From IMG/VR virus record IMGVR_UViG_3300027772_001168, positions 1 to 44,299 of that record: a stretch of DNA of 44,299 nucleotides; one strand, given 5' to 3'. Below are positions 9,321 to 19,409 of the stretch, one piece after another. Numbering within the stretch: the stretch's first letter is position 1; each line of letters opens with the position of its first letter. A program made the position numbers and the translations under genes. The DNA is from a virus. Lineage: Duplodnaviria > Caudoviricetes. A model generated the notes under the pieces. That model searched no databases and was not told where the DNA came from. It saw only the letters and a list, made by a program, of their open reading frames with translations.

Positions 9321-10410
9321 TTTTAATGTTCTATACCCACTGCATAAAGTTTTTCAAATAGCCTGGGAGTCTACACTTAAATGCAATTTAGATTGTAGTT
9401 ACTGCGGTGATGGTCATGATAATTCACAAAAACATCCCAACTTAGAAGACAGTCTTAAAACTGTAGATTTTATTGTGGAGTATGTTAATCTCCATATGTC
9501 TGTTAAAAATAAAGATAATAAATTTGCTAATTTAAATATACACGGAGGAGAAAGTATATTCCATCCTGACATTTTAGAAATTTTAAAATATGCTAGGAAT
9601 AAAAAACACAAATATCAAGATTGGAATCTTGATATTTCACTTATCACAAATGCTGTAATTAAATTAGAACAATGGAAAAAAATTGTTAATTTAGTTGATC
9701 ATTTCACTATTAGTTATCACGCCGAAAGTTTGCCTAAACATCAAGAGTTGTTTAAACAAAATATCCTCTATCTTAAACAATCTAATAAATCATTTCACGT
9801 AGCTGTGATGATGCATCCACAACATTGGGATAGTTGTGTTGATATGATAGCATTTTGTAAACAACACGAAATTAAAGTATTACCCAGGCAGATAGATCAT
9901 CCTTGGGGATTTGCTAATTATAAATTTAATTATAATGATGAACAAACAGAATTTCTTACAGGAATGAAAAAAATTCCAGTGTCTACAAAGATCATTTCTT
10001 TTTTTAGGAATGGTATAAATTTATCAGAGCAAGGTAGAGCTTGCTGTGGTGGTGAATTAATGTGTACTGAAAAAGAAAACAATATTAGTTATGTAAACGG
10101 AAATAATTTCAAAGGTTGGCAATGTTCTGTAGATAAATTTTTTCTATATATAAAACAAACAACCGGTGAAATATACACCAATAAAGATTGCAAGATGAAT
10201 TTTGATAATAAAGTAGGAGTTATAGGATATTTAAAAACCAGTGATAAGTTACTTGATACGTTAAGACATCAAATAGAAACAAATACACTACCTACCATTA
10301 CTTGTAAGAAATTCAGTTGTTGGTGTGGACTATGCGCTCCTAAAGCCAGTACGCCAGAATTGTACAACAATGTGATGGAGAGATATTCAAATGTTAACAC
10401 AAGTAATTGA
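9313..10410 (+). CDS. Radical SAM protein, GRACCGG subtype
   Basis: CNLDCSYC, GGE, ISYH, GRACCGG, C-x4-CWCGLCAPKA. Confidence 0.9.
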   Translation: MPDFNVLYPLHKVFQIAWESTLKCNLDCSYCGDGHDNSQKHPNLEDSLKTVDFIVEYVNLHMSVKNKDNKFANLNIHGGESIFHPDILEILKYARNKKHKYQDWNLDISLITNAVIKLEQWKKIVNLVDHFTISYHAESLPKHQELFKQNILYLKQSNKSFHVAVMMHPQHWDSCVDMIAFCKQHEIKVLPRQIDHPWGFANYKFNYNDEQTEFLTGMKKIPVSTKIISFFRNGINLSEQGRACCGGELMCTEKENNISYVNGNNFKGWQCSVDKFFLYIKQTTGEIYTNKDCKMNFDNKVGVIGYLKTSDKLLDTLRHQIETNTLPTITCKKFSCWCGLCAPKASTPELYNNVMERYSNVNTSN

Positions 10411-11368
10411 AGGTCGAAGCTCCAATGTTCTTACTATAGAACTAATGTTAGGAAACTTATGTAACTACAAATGTTCATATTGTTTTCCAGGAAGTAACGA
10501 AGGTGATCATCCATGGCCTAACACCGATACTCTTATTAAGAATATTACTCATCTGTTTGAGACATACAAACAACATGGCAAGAATAAGTTTGAATTATAC
10601 TTGGTAGGCGGCGAACCTACATTGTGGAAAGACTTGCCTAAATTCTGTTCTTTTTTAAAAAATAATTATGATGTGGTTATTAGATTATCAACCAACGGAT
10701 ATAAAAAACCAGAATGGTGGAAACAAAATTCCAAATTGTTTGACGCTGTTGAAATATCAGTTCATCACGAATTTGCAAACTCCGATCACATAATAAGTGT
10801 ATGTGATACATTGTACAATGAAAAAACAAACCTAGTTGCAAATGTGTTAATGGATCCTGCTTTTTTTAATAAGTGTGTTTCTATTTTAGAACATATTAAA
10901 TCTAGTAAAAAAAGATGGCCCATAGTAGCTAAGTGGGTACACTTCAATGGTAAGTCTAAATACACAACACAACAAGCAGAGTATTTGGAAAAACCACTAA
11001 AACGTTGGCCAAACTTGTTTTGGTGGTTTACACTAAAATATCATGCACGTTACAAAACATGGGTTATTGAAAATACCAAGAAAAAAGAAGTTGCAGATAA
11101 CTATTTGACATTGCAAGGTAAGAATTATTTTAAAGGCTGGAGTTGCAACCTTGGAGTTGATCATTTACACATATCCATGTTGGGTATGATATCAGGTAAC
11201 TGCGGACAACTTTTATACGGTAAAAATTCTTATTATAATTTGTATCAAGATAATTTTTCTACAAACTTCAATCCTACTATAAGTGCCGTGACATGTACAA
11301 AAGATATTTGCGGGTGTGGTTTTGAAACAAATATCAGTAAAATTATACCAATAAAGTTAGTTGACTGA
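10391..11368 (+). CDS. Radical SAM protein
   Basis: CNYKCSYC, GGEPT, STNG, FKGWSC, CTKDICGC. Confidence 0.9.
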   Translation: MLTQVIEGRSSNVLTIELMLGNLCNYKCSYCFPGSNEGDHPWPNTDTLIKNITHLFETYKQHGKNKFELYLVGGEPTLWKDLPKFCSFLKNNYDVVIRLSTNGYKKPEWWKQNSKLFDAVEISVHHEFANSDHIISVCDTLYNEKTNLVANVLMDPAFFNKCVSILEHIKSSKKRWPIVAKWVHFNGKSKYTTQQAEYLEKPLKRWPNLFWWFTLKYHARYKTWVIENTKKKEVADNYLTLQGKNYFKGWSCNLGVDHLHISMLGMISGNCGQLLYGKNSYYNLYQDNFSTNFNPTISAVTCTKDICGCGFETNISKIIPIKLVD

Positions 11369-12440
11369 CATCCTGCCATAACTGTTTAAAGTCATCGAGA
11401 TCCTTTGCCTTAGGAACACACATACCACAGCCGCATCTTTGATTGGGACATACAATAGGTGCTATTGTTGTCTGTGATAGCATAGAACTTACATTATCAA
11501 TTATGGCCTGTGTATCAGATAAAGTTCCAATTGGACCTCTGCCTGTATGCGTAGCTTGGCAAGTTTGGTGATGAAATACATTTCCGCCGTGCTGATCTAT
11601 ATGTAAGAAATACCAGTTAACAGTACAGTACCAATCTTTAAACCAATTATTAACTAGTTTAACTTCCTGCCATTCTCCGTTGACTTTGCCTTGTGTACAA
11701 CGTCCGCCGCAACATGCTCTTCCTACATCAGTACCTTCCTTAACTATACTTGCTTTACGGGTCTCTCCCATCCATGCATAAAACCAGTCTTGCTGTTCTT
11801 CTGTATACTCGTGACTTGTACGTCTATTAGTTCCGTCCGCATCGATGAACCAGCCTTTACGTACTATGTTGCCGTCGCCAATAGGAACAGGATTTACACG
11901 AACACCTTTTTCTTTTAGCATGTCACAAATTAAAGTTGCTTGTTCAAAGTAGTCACAATGCAACATTACATTAACTTGTAAACTCATACCTGCGGTATGC
12001 AATGCTAGGATATTTTCTATAGTACGCTCATTAAGTGAATCTTCAGCATGCCAACTAATAGTGGCATGTGCAAAATTATCTAAAATACGTTGTGTAAATT
12101 TAGGACCCCATGTTCCGTTAGTAGTGAGGCTTAATCTAAATACGCCTGTTTGTTTAATATAATCAAGTAACGGCCAAAAGTCTGGATTAATAGTAGGTTC
12201 GCCACCTGTAAAATCTATGTTAGTTATAGTTTGATCAACACGTTTGCTGTTATACAAATCTGTATATTGTTTTACAAAGTCAAATGTTTTCTTTAAACTA
12301 TCAAATGTAGGCAACTTGCTATAAGTGTCATGTCGTGTACTTTCACAGTATGTGCAATCTAGATTACACCTACGCACTATGTCCCAGGTAACCATTAACG
12401 ATTCAGGATTTTTAAGTTTAATTGCTGTAGTTTGGATCAT
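11343..12440 (-). CDS. Radical SAM protein, GRACCGG subtype
   Basis: CNLDCTYC, TGGEPT, TTNG, GRACCGG, CPNQRCGCGMCVPKA. Confidence 0.9.
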   Translation of the reverse strand: MIQTTAIKLKNPESLMVTWDIVRRCNLDCTYCESTRHDTYSKLPTFDSLKKTFDFVKQYTDLYNSKRVDQTITNIDFTGGEPTINPDFWPLLDYIKQTGVFRLSLTTNGTWGPKFTQRILDNFAHATISWHAEDSLNERTIENILALHTAGMSLQVNVMLHCDYFEQATLICDMLKEKGVRVNPVPIGDGNIVRKGWFIDADGTNRRTSHEYTEEQQDWFYAWMGETRKASIVKEGTDVGRACCGGRCTQGKVNGEWQEVKLVNNWFKDWYCTVNWYFLHIDQHGGNVFHHQTCQATHTGRGPIGTLSDTQAIIDNVSSMLSQTTIAPIVCPNQRCGCGMCVPKAKDLDDFKQLWQDVSQLTLLV

Positions 12441-13329
12441 GTTTAGTTAATGGAATGTCTGCCGCGCAGGTACAGAAATTTCTATCGCATCTAACGGGTT
12501 CACTAGGAGCAACAAAGTTACCTTCGTATATGTTGCCTAGACTACCACCGACTCTACAAGTGGCGCGATGTACATCACCGTCCCAATTTATCATGAGACT
12601 TTCTATACCTGCGTTGCAAGTCCAATCTTTATATTTGTTAAGGTGCAATTTTATTACGTCATTTGCATGACGTTGTTCCATTGGCTTATCTTTATAGAAC
12701 AACAACGTATTTGGTTGAATAGTAGCTTCTTGTTGTTTGATCCAATTAAGATAATCTGGATGGTATCGCATGTCATCAAACAAATCGTGATCCCCTTGTG
12801 TCCAGCGTATGCGGCGAAGAGTAGCTGGAATCTTTGCTTGTAAGCATCTAGCAAAGAGTGTGACAGCTGAATCCATATAATCATGATGACACATGATCTG
12901 TGCTACAACTTTAATTTTAGTTGCATCAACAACTTTGTCCATAGTGTTATACACACGTTGCCAATCGTATTCTAAGTGCAGACTAAAAACATATTGATCT
13001 ACAGGCAGACTGGCATAAAATTCAAAAGGTCGTGTGCCATTAGTTGTTACACTAATCCAGTGAATACCTTTAAATTTACAATATGTCACTAATTCTCTAA
13101 AGTCAGGATGTACTGTAGGCTCTCCGCCTGTAAAACTTAAACGTATAGGTTTGCCTAGTAATACTAGTTTATCCACAGTTGCTTTGAGCATTTCTATATC
13201 AGTGTGTGGACTAGTATTATCATGTATCTCACTAGGACAATAACTACAGTCATAGTTACAACGCTTACCGAGATTCCATTCAATTTTAATAGCATTAGCA
13301 TGATCCCAACGATTAGCAACTTTATACAT
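12418..13329 (-). CDS. Radical SAM protein with SPASM/twitch region
   Basis: CNYDCSYC, TGGEPT, TTNG, WTCNAG...CDRNFCTC. Confidence 0.9.
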   Translation of the reverse strand: MYKVANRWDHANAIKIEWNLGKRCNYDCSYCPSEIHDNTSPHTDIEMLKATVDKLVLLGKPIRLSFTGGEPTVHPDFRELVTYCKFKGIHWISVTTNGTRPFEFYASLPVDQYVFSLHLEYDWQRVYNTMDKVVDATKIKVVAQIMCHHDYMDSAVTLFARCLQAKIPATLRRIRWTQGDHDLFDDMRYHPDYLNWIKQQEATIQPNTLLFYKDKPMEQRHANDVIKLHLNKYKDWTCNAGIESLMINWDGDVHRATCRVGGSLGNIYEGNFVAPSEPVRCDRNFCTCAADIPLTKHDPNYSN

Positions 13330-14575
13330 AAGGTTTAAACTCCGGTACTGCCTTAAATAAATTCTGATTACGAGTACTATCCAATGCCAAATTAAAATCT
13401 AAAAAATCTTGCCACAAGTTATGTTGATCCTTGGACTGTAAATAATTAATGTTGTCTTGTATTTGTTGATGTGTTATCTTACCTAGCAACGGATTCTTCT
13501 TAATTGCGGGCCATTCGTCTACTTGAGATTTTACTGCTAGTAGCTTTGTAATGGCCAATGCTTTTAAATCGTTTGGTAGTACTTGTGCCGATAAACAATT
13601 AGGATAGCTAACTCGATGGCTATAAAATATAATATCCATAGTATTAATAAAATAATCAATACACTCTGCGGCTTGTAGTATGTTGCCTGCTTGTGCTGTA
13701 AATGCTCCAACTACACGACTTACGTTTGGTATTTTCTTTATTTCTTTAATGTTCTCTTCAACTTGATTAAAATCACCGTTGCCACGTATGTAGTTGTAAA
13801 CATCGTGAATGCCGTCAATGCTGACGTTAACGGCAACACTTCTAAAATGAGGCCAGTAGTCATGTATAGTCCTTCCTTGACTTATGCCAAGTGTTGTGCC
13901 GTTAGTGGCATACTTAATTTCAATGTTCTTGCCATAAGGTTTGAGCATATCAAGTATTTTATAATGTTGTGGATCCATAAGCGGTTCGCCGCCTGCAAAC
14001 TCTACACGCTTGAAGTGCGGCAATAGTTTTTCAAAACTAGTCCACCAATTGTCAGTATCGTCAAATGGTCCAATATACTGTCCTGGTTTACTAACTAATC
14101 TTTCTACGGTGGGTACAAGATAGTTATTTTCTTTTTTGTAAAAAGGTACAACTTTATCCCAATCTTTCCAGTTGGTACTATCTAAAGGATTACACATGCG
14201 GCATTTTAGATTACACAGATTGTTGAGTTTTATCTCCATAGTTGGAAACTCAAACGGCAATACTTCTTGTAACAATACATTGGGGTACAAATTAATACGT
14301 GCTTCTGGGATGTCTCCTTTGATGTGGCGCTGACGAAGGCTTTCTACTCCCTGGTCTTCTAAATCAAAACAGGGTTTACAAACTTCCGGACGTTCTCCAT
14401 TTAATACTTGTCTGCGTACTTCTCGAATCTGATGCCCGTTCCAGATATTTTCTAAAGAGTCATCCTGTATCCAGCCAATAGGTTGACTACGGCAACACAC
14501 TTTAACGGCACCGTCCTCCCTGGTAGCTAATCCTGTAAAAGGATGCATACAAAATGTTTTACTTGTTTTGTTCAA
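13322..14575 (-). CDS. Radical SAM protein with N-terminal twitch-like domain
   Basis: FCMHPF...VCC...CKPC; CNLKCRMC; FAGGEPL; SIDG; start uncertain (TTG at 14575 or upstream). Confidence 0.9.
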   Translation of the reverse strand: MNKTSKTFCMHPFTGLATREDGAVKVCCRSQPIGWIQDDSLENIWNGHQIREVRRQVLNGERPEVCKPCFDLEDQGVESLRQRHIKGDIPEARINLYPNVLLQEVLPFEFPTMEIKLNNLCNLKCRMCNPLDSTNWKDWDKVVPFYKKENNYLVPTVERLVSKPGQYIGPFDDTDNWWTSFEKLLPHFKRVEFAGGEPLMDPQHYKILDMLKPYGKNIEIKYATNGTTLGISQGRTIHDYWPHFRSVAVNVSIDGIHDVYNYIRGNGDFNQVEENIKEIKKIPNVSRVVGAFTAQAGNILQAAECIDYFINTMDIIFYSHRVSYPNCLSAQVLPNDLKALAITKLLAVKSQVDEWPAIKKNPLLGKITHQQIQDNINYLQSKDQHNLWQDFLDFNLALDSTRNQNLFKAVPEFKPYV

Positions 14576-15239
14576 TTGCCCATTCTCTTTCTTTGCACCA
14601 GAAACATTTTCCGCACACAGGAACATAGTGTTCTGAGGTATATGTGGTATAATCTATATCTTTAAATTCGCCTTCGCAACTACGGGTCAAATTTAACAAG
14701 TCTTCAATATCGTGCTCGTAGTATTGCTTGATGATCCAATCTTTCTTAGTATACACGAACGGATGACAAATATCAATACCATTGTGTATAAAGTGAGGTA
14801 GTATATGTCCATTATCTCGATCGGCCAAGGAGCCTTCTATTTTGATGTCTGGGTTCTTATTAATTCCACCGTATAACGCATTTAATTTATATTTGTGTGC
14901 AATGTATTCGTTATGTGATCTTAGTATGATTTGGTTACCACTTTTTAGTTTGCCATACTCATCTACAATAGTTGGACCTTTGTCACTCCATTCTAATTCT
15001 GACGGTATTAAATTTCTATGCAGGTAAAAGTTGTTTTTAAAATGTGACTTAAACCAATCGATAACATTATCAGCCACATGCTCTTGCCATGGTCGTGTTT
15101 TCCAAAGTCTAATTTGATTTGTAAAGTGTATATCTGCATTGGTATTTGAACATATTAAGTATGCAAGTAATGCACTGTCAGCACCACCGCTTATACTAAT
15201 ACCAATTCTTTCCCAATTATGTTTTAAATACAGTTCCAT
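14559..15239 (-). CDS. PP-loop (QueC/adenine nucleotide alpha-hydrolase-like) ATPase
   Basis: SISGGADS PP-loop; TRSC...CGKCFWCKER Zn site as in QueC-like proteins. Confidence 0.75.
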   Translation of the reverse strand: MELYLKHNWERIGISISGGADSALLAYLICSNTNADIHFTNQIRLWKTRPWQEHVADNVIDWFKSHFKNNFYLHRNLIPSELEWSDKGPTIVDEYGKLKSGNQIILRSHNEYIAHKYKLNALYGGINKNPDIKIEGSLADRDNGHILPHFIHNGIDICHPFVYTKKDWIIKQYYEHDIEDLLNLTRSCEGEFKDIDYTTYTSEHYVPVCGKCFWCKEREWAIEQNK

Positions 15240-15278
15240 GATATATTTAAGCTAGTTATAGTAGCACATAAATATTTC
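15240..15278 (+). promoter_or_regulatory. Back-to-back TAAATA motifs (candidate late promoters), each 4 nt before an ATG
   Basis: TAAATA at 15269-15274 (+) before ATG 15279; tattta at 15244-15249 (TAAATA on -) before ATG 15239. Confidence 0.55.
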
Positions 15279-15959
15279 ATGTATAAAAAAATGATCACCA
15301 AGCAAATATGGACCTGTCCAGAAGGGCTAATTGAACAGGCACTAAAAGAACATCCTATTACGGGTAGTATTGTACTCAATGAGCCAACTGGTGACTTTTT
15401 TTACGATAAGTGGCAAATCAAAGACTTGTACAAAGACACACTTTGGGAACAAGTATTAAACTCTATGCCAATGAGTATTGGACAAGCACGTATTATCAAA
15501 ATGGAGCCTGGCGATAGTTATATGGCCCATGCTGATATAGACAATCGTTGGCATTTAAACCTAACAGGTGAACAAGCATACTTGATTGACCTAGACGAAA
15601 GAATCATGTACGAATGTGAAAGAGATAGCCGATGGGCATACATGGACGCTAGTTGTATACATGCGGCCACTAATTATGGATCTGTTCCACGTTTACAATT
15701 AGTAGTACGCGAGCCATTGCGTAACAGTCGTGAACCCGCAGATTTAGTCAGCATTAGCATGGAGCCAGCTTACGAGCAACATGACTTTAGATATAAATTT
15801 GATAAACAGTTTAGTCCGTTTTTAAATCGTGCTAACCAGAAGCATAAGTTAGCAGACTTTGCTCACACTACCTTTAGTTTGACTTTTAAACTAGAGTTTG
15901 AATTACTTGAAGAATTTTACAAACTTATAACGCCAGAGTTTAAGGTCACTTATGCTTAA
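15279..15959 (+). CDS. AspH-like/2OG-Fe(II) oxygenase
   Basis: ARIIKMEPGDSYMAHAD...IHAATNYGSVPRLQLV. Confidence 0.75.
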   Translation: MYKKMITKQIWTCPEGLIEQALKEHPITGSIVLNEPTGDFFYDKWQIKDLYKDTLWEQVLNSMPMSIGQARIIKMEPGDSYMAHADIDNRWHLNLTGEQAYLIDLDERIMYECERDSRWAYMDASCIHAATNYGSVPRLQLVVREPLRNSREPADLVSISMEPAYEQHDFRYKFDKQFSPFLNRANQKHKLADFAHTTFSLTFKLEFELLEEFYKLITPEFKVTYA

Positions 15960-16395
15960 AGTTGGCATCACAGGAACTAGTCGTGGACTTGGCCAAGCAC
16001 TGCACAATCACTTTGTTAGCAAAGGCTGTCAGGTAACGGCCTTTAACAGAGACTCTGATATAAGTCAAGCAGTTGGTTGCGACTTGCTTATCAATAATGC
16101 CTACGGCATACAAATGGATATACTTAACCAACTGTACGCCAGTGTAGGCAAGATGGTTATTATGGGTAGCATAGTTACAGATTTCCCTGATGCGGAAATG
16201 CCGGACTATACAGCACAAAAAACAAAATTAGAAGAGCGGGTGCTAGAGCTTGACCTTCCTAACATACTGTTATTAAAACTATCCAGCACTGCTTACAACG
16301 ATTCCCAAGTAGTTATTGGTGCTATTGAATATTGGTTAGCAAATCCGTTAGTTAATGTTATATCGTTTAGAGCAACTGGAGCACCCAACAGATGA
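15952..16395 (+). CDS. Short SDR-like Rossmann-fold protein
   Basis: ITGTSRGLG, LLINNA, YxxxK (YTAQK); only 147 aa. Confidence 0.75.
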   Translation: MLKVGITGTSRGLGQALHNHFVSKGCQVTAFNRDSDISQAVGCDLLINNAYGIQMDILNQLYASVGKMVIMGSIVTDFPDAEMPDYTAQKTKLEERVLELDLPNILLLKLSSTAYNDSQVVIGAIEYWLANPLVNVISFRATGAPNR

Positions 16396-16985
16396 AAGTT
16401 GTAATTACAGGACACACTTACGGTATAGGTAAGGCCTTATACCAACACTTTCAAACATTTGGTGGCTGGGAAGTTGTTGGACTTAGTCGTAGCAATGGTT
16501 ATGACATTGACAAGGACTTTGACAAGGTAGTAGAAGCCGCAACAGGATGTTTCTTGTTTATCAACAATGCTTACCGTGATAAACAACAAACTAAATTAGT
16601 TCACGCATTAAAGAACAAAGTTAAGAAAATGGTTGTTATGGGTAGTGTAAGCAGATTATATCCAGAACTTATACACACTGACTATGTACACGATAAACAA
16701 GAGCTGGCAGAAGCCTGTAGACTTACAAGTATAGATCCTAACGGAATTGATATGTTGCATTTAGATTTAAGTTTTATAGAAGGCATGCTGAATAGTAACG
16801 AACCAACACATTTTGTAAGCGATTACAATTTAAAATTTGAAGAAATTGTTAGTGCGGTTAACTTCTGGTTGACTAATCCCAAAATTAGACAAATGGAGTT
16901 TCGCTGGAAACTAACACCGTTTGTACATGAACAACTTAAACAAGCATTTCCTAACCTAGACGATTCTAGAGTAAAATATGAATAA
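16392..16985 (+). CDS. SDR-like Rossmann-fold protein
   Basis: ITGHTYGIG, FINNA, YVHDK; paralogue of the preceding gene. Confidence 0.75.
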   Translation: MKVVITGHTYGIGKALYQHFQTFGGWEVVGLSRSNGYDIDKDFDKVVEAATGCFLFINNAYRDKQQTKLVHALKNKVKKMVVMGSVSRLYPELIHTDYVHDKQELAEACRLTSIDPNGIDMLHLDLSFIEGMLNSNEPTHFVSDYNLKFEEIVSAVNFWLTNPKIRQMEFRWKLTPFVHEQLKQAFPNLDDSRVKYE

Positions 16986-17913
16986 AATCAAACTTGATAC
17001 ATTCCTATCAGTTGTGGTAAACAATATATGTAACATGACATGCAGTCATTGTGGCGGATTAGCCTGCTACGACTTTACTGGTAATTTCGATTGGAAGGAA
17101 AATGCTCATCGTTGGGAAAAGTGGGCAGAGTATTTAGATACAGACGAAATAGCATTTGCAGGCGGCGAAATGTTTTTGCATCCAAACTTAGACGAATGGT
17201 TCTCTAACATGAGAAGACTATGGCCCTATGCACATATTGAAATTCCAACAAACGGATCTAAACTACTTAAACGTAAAGACCTAGCACATCTTATAATGAG
17301 TGACGGCAATGCTCACTTGCGAGTATCGTGTCACTATGAAAGTGAAGACGAATATCTAAAATTAAAAAAAGACGTACTAGCAGTACTTGAGCCATGGGCT
17401 GACAAGATGCGAGTGGTCGAAGAAGAATACATTCCTAACAAACAGAATAAATCAACAGCATACTATGTCAACGATAAACGTATTTTAAGATACGAACACT
17501 TTATACATTTCTTCCAACCATATCATCATCATGTTGAAAACGGTACAGTTCATTTTCACATGGGCGGCGACCAGGATAAGAGCTTTGAATTATGTGTATG
17601 GCACAGTGAGTATAATATACAACACGGTATAATGTATCACTGCCCTGCTGTGACAAACTATCCTGAAGCAAAGCATCAAGTAAAGTATGTACCAGAAGCG
17701 CAAACAATTTTAGAAAAGTATAAAGCCTGTGATCCATTAGACGGATACGAACGTGTAAGAAAGTTTGTAGAAGAAGATTTAAAGAAGTCTATTGAAGTGT
17801 GTAAACTATGTGCGTTTGACAAGCAGAAAGATACTCAGCTGCCTAACATAAAGTTTACGCTTGATCCTAACTTTAAAAAGAAGTTTAGAAATATTCCAAT
17901 CAAAGCCATCTAG
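16978..17913 (+). CDS. Radical SAM protein
   Basis: CNMTCSHC, FAGGE, PTNG, C-terminal CKLC. Confidence 0.88.
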   Translation: MNKIKLDTFLSVVVNNICNMTCSHCGGLACYDFTGNFDWKENAHRWEKWAEYLDTDEIAFAGGEMFLHPNLDEWFSNMRRLWPYAHIEIPTNGSKLLKRKDLAHLIMSDGNAHLRVSCHYESEDEYLKLKKDVLAVLEPWADKMRVVEEEYIPNKQNKSTAYYVNDKRILRYEHFIHFFQPYHHHVENGTVHFHMGGDQDKSFELCVWHSEYNIQHGIMYHCPAVTNYPEAKHQVKYVPEAQTILEKYKACDPLDGYERVRKFVEEDLKKSIEVCKLCAFDKQKDTQLPNIKFTLDPNFKKKFRNIPIKAI

Positions 17914-18451
17914 GATAGCGTTCTAGATTAGCAAGAAACTTGTCTGGATATATGCGCCAGACAGTTTGATCCGTGTTACGGTAATTCATTTCGCATACAC
18001 GTTCCACAATATCTAACTTGGCCAGTGTAGGAAAGTAATGTCTGTGTACAAGACGTTGACTAGCTACAGCACTTTCGTTACTGGTAGCATACAACTCGCC
18101 CTTTGCCCAGTTGATACATGCCGGTAGTAAGAATTGATCTGTTAAGTTTTGATGTTCAGCAATTAACTTTCTAGGTGTAATCAATCCACCGTTCTGACGA
18201 GCAGTTCCAAATGTACAAGTACGTGCCAGTACACGATAAGCATTAGGTCCCATGTGTGTAAAACTATGTGCGGCAACACTACCAACAGCCTTGTCGTCTT
18301 GATATAGTATCCATACCGCCCACTCTGGCTCATTACGAAAGCAGTCTACCATTGCCTTCTGGCTAGCATTGTTAGCAAAGCCTCGAGTGCCTGCTTCTTT
18401 GTAGAATTCTCCTAAGTCTAATTCTTCAGACCAATTAACTACGGTGTACAT
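17900..18451 (-). CDS. Hypothetical protein, possibly GNAT-like fold
   Basis: WILYQDDKAVGSVAAH strand pattern; weak. Confidence 0.55.
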   Translation of the reverse strand: MYTVVNWSEELDLGEFYKEAGTRGFANNASQKAMVDCFRNEPEWAVWILYQDDKAVGSVAAHSFTHMGPNAYRVLARTCTFGTARQNGGLITPRKLIAEHQNLTDQFLLPACINWAKGELYATSNESAVASQRLVHRHYFPTLAKLDIVERVCEMNYRNTDQTVWRIYPDKFLANLERYPRWL

Positions 18452-19409
18452 GTATTACGTCTTCTCGTGTTCTATTAAAATGACTAGTACCGCACATATC
18501 ACATTCTGCTATTGAGCAATATTTAGTAGCATGAAATTGCATTACTTCTTCTTCTGTGCAGGTTTCTAAATCTAAATATTTGTAATTTCGATACTTCTGC
18601 CAATCTGGATCGTCCAGACTTCCATGATATTCTAAAAATCTTTCTAGAGTACCCAGTGCAGAACACTTGTACAGTTTCTTGTCTATCATAAAACTACACA
18701 TTGGACTGCTACAGCCGTCCTTGTACGACAGCGCAGAATTACCAGTCATAAAAGGTTTAGGTTTTCCGTTCTGCATGTAGTGATGCATTTTAAAATCAGT
18801 CTGTGGTCTAAAATGCAAGAATATGTTATCATCACGATAGTATTGATCAACAGGTTGTTCTCCTAAAAAATACTCACCCTGGTTCTCAATCCATGTGTTG
18901 AGATATGGATCGTTTCTGGGATTATCCAGTCTTAAAAGTCTTGATAAGAATACATTTGGATCGTCTTTAGTCAACTGTAGCATATCAACTAATGTGTTTA
19001 CACTCTCAGTTATCTTGTCAGTCATCTTGTTATCAAACGCCGCAAAATGATTACACACAAAAAGACTAGTTTTGTATGCGGTCATCAGTGATGAAACTGC
19101 ATCCAAGTTCTTGGATAACAATGCACCATTTGTAGATATTTGAATCTTTGCATCTGGATCAATTTTCCGTATGTGTGCTAATATGACTTCGATTTTATCT
19201 AAATAATATAGCGGCTCACCACCAATAAAACTATAAAGATCAATATCAAACTTTTCTTTTGCTAGGGTAATACCTTCAAGTATTGTGTCAATGTGAGGAT
19301 CGTTTTCAGTTGTCCTAATAATGTCACTTCGTGTGTCACAATGTCTACAAGCTAGATTACATTTAGTTCCATAATAAATATCAAACATTTTAATATATGG
19401 CTTACTCAT
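18435..19409 (-). CDS. Radical SAM protein
   Basis: CNLACRHC, IGGEPL, STNG, LYKC, CDMC. Confidence 0.88.
   Translation of the reverse strand: MSKPYIKMFDIYYGTKCNLACRHCDTRSDIIRTTENDPHIDTILEGITLAKEKFDIDLYSFIGGEPLYYLDKIEVILAHIRKIDPDAKIQISTNGALLSKNLDAVSSLMTAYKTSLFVCNHFAAFDNKMTDKITESVNTLVDMLQLTKDDPNVFLSRLLRLDNPRNDPYLNTWIENQGEYFLGEQPVDQYYRDDNIFLHFRPQTDFKMHHYMQNGKPKPFMTGNSALSYKDGCSSPMCSFMIDKKLYKCSALGTLERFLEYHGSLDDPDWQKYRNYKYLDLETCTEEEVMQFHATKYCSIAECDMCGTSHFNRTREDVIHVHRS

Noticed and set aside
14559-15239. queC and a 7-deazaguanine (preQ0/archaeosine) DNA-modification pathway
   Set aside because: PP-loop and Zn motifs fit, but no FolE, QueD or DpdA/TGT is visible here and no radical SAM is clearly QueE; symbol withheld.
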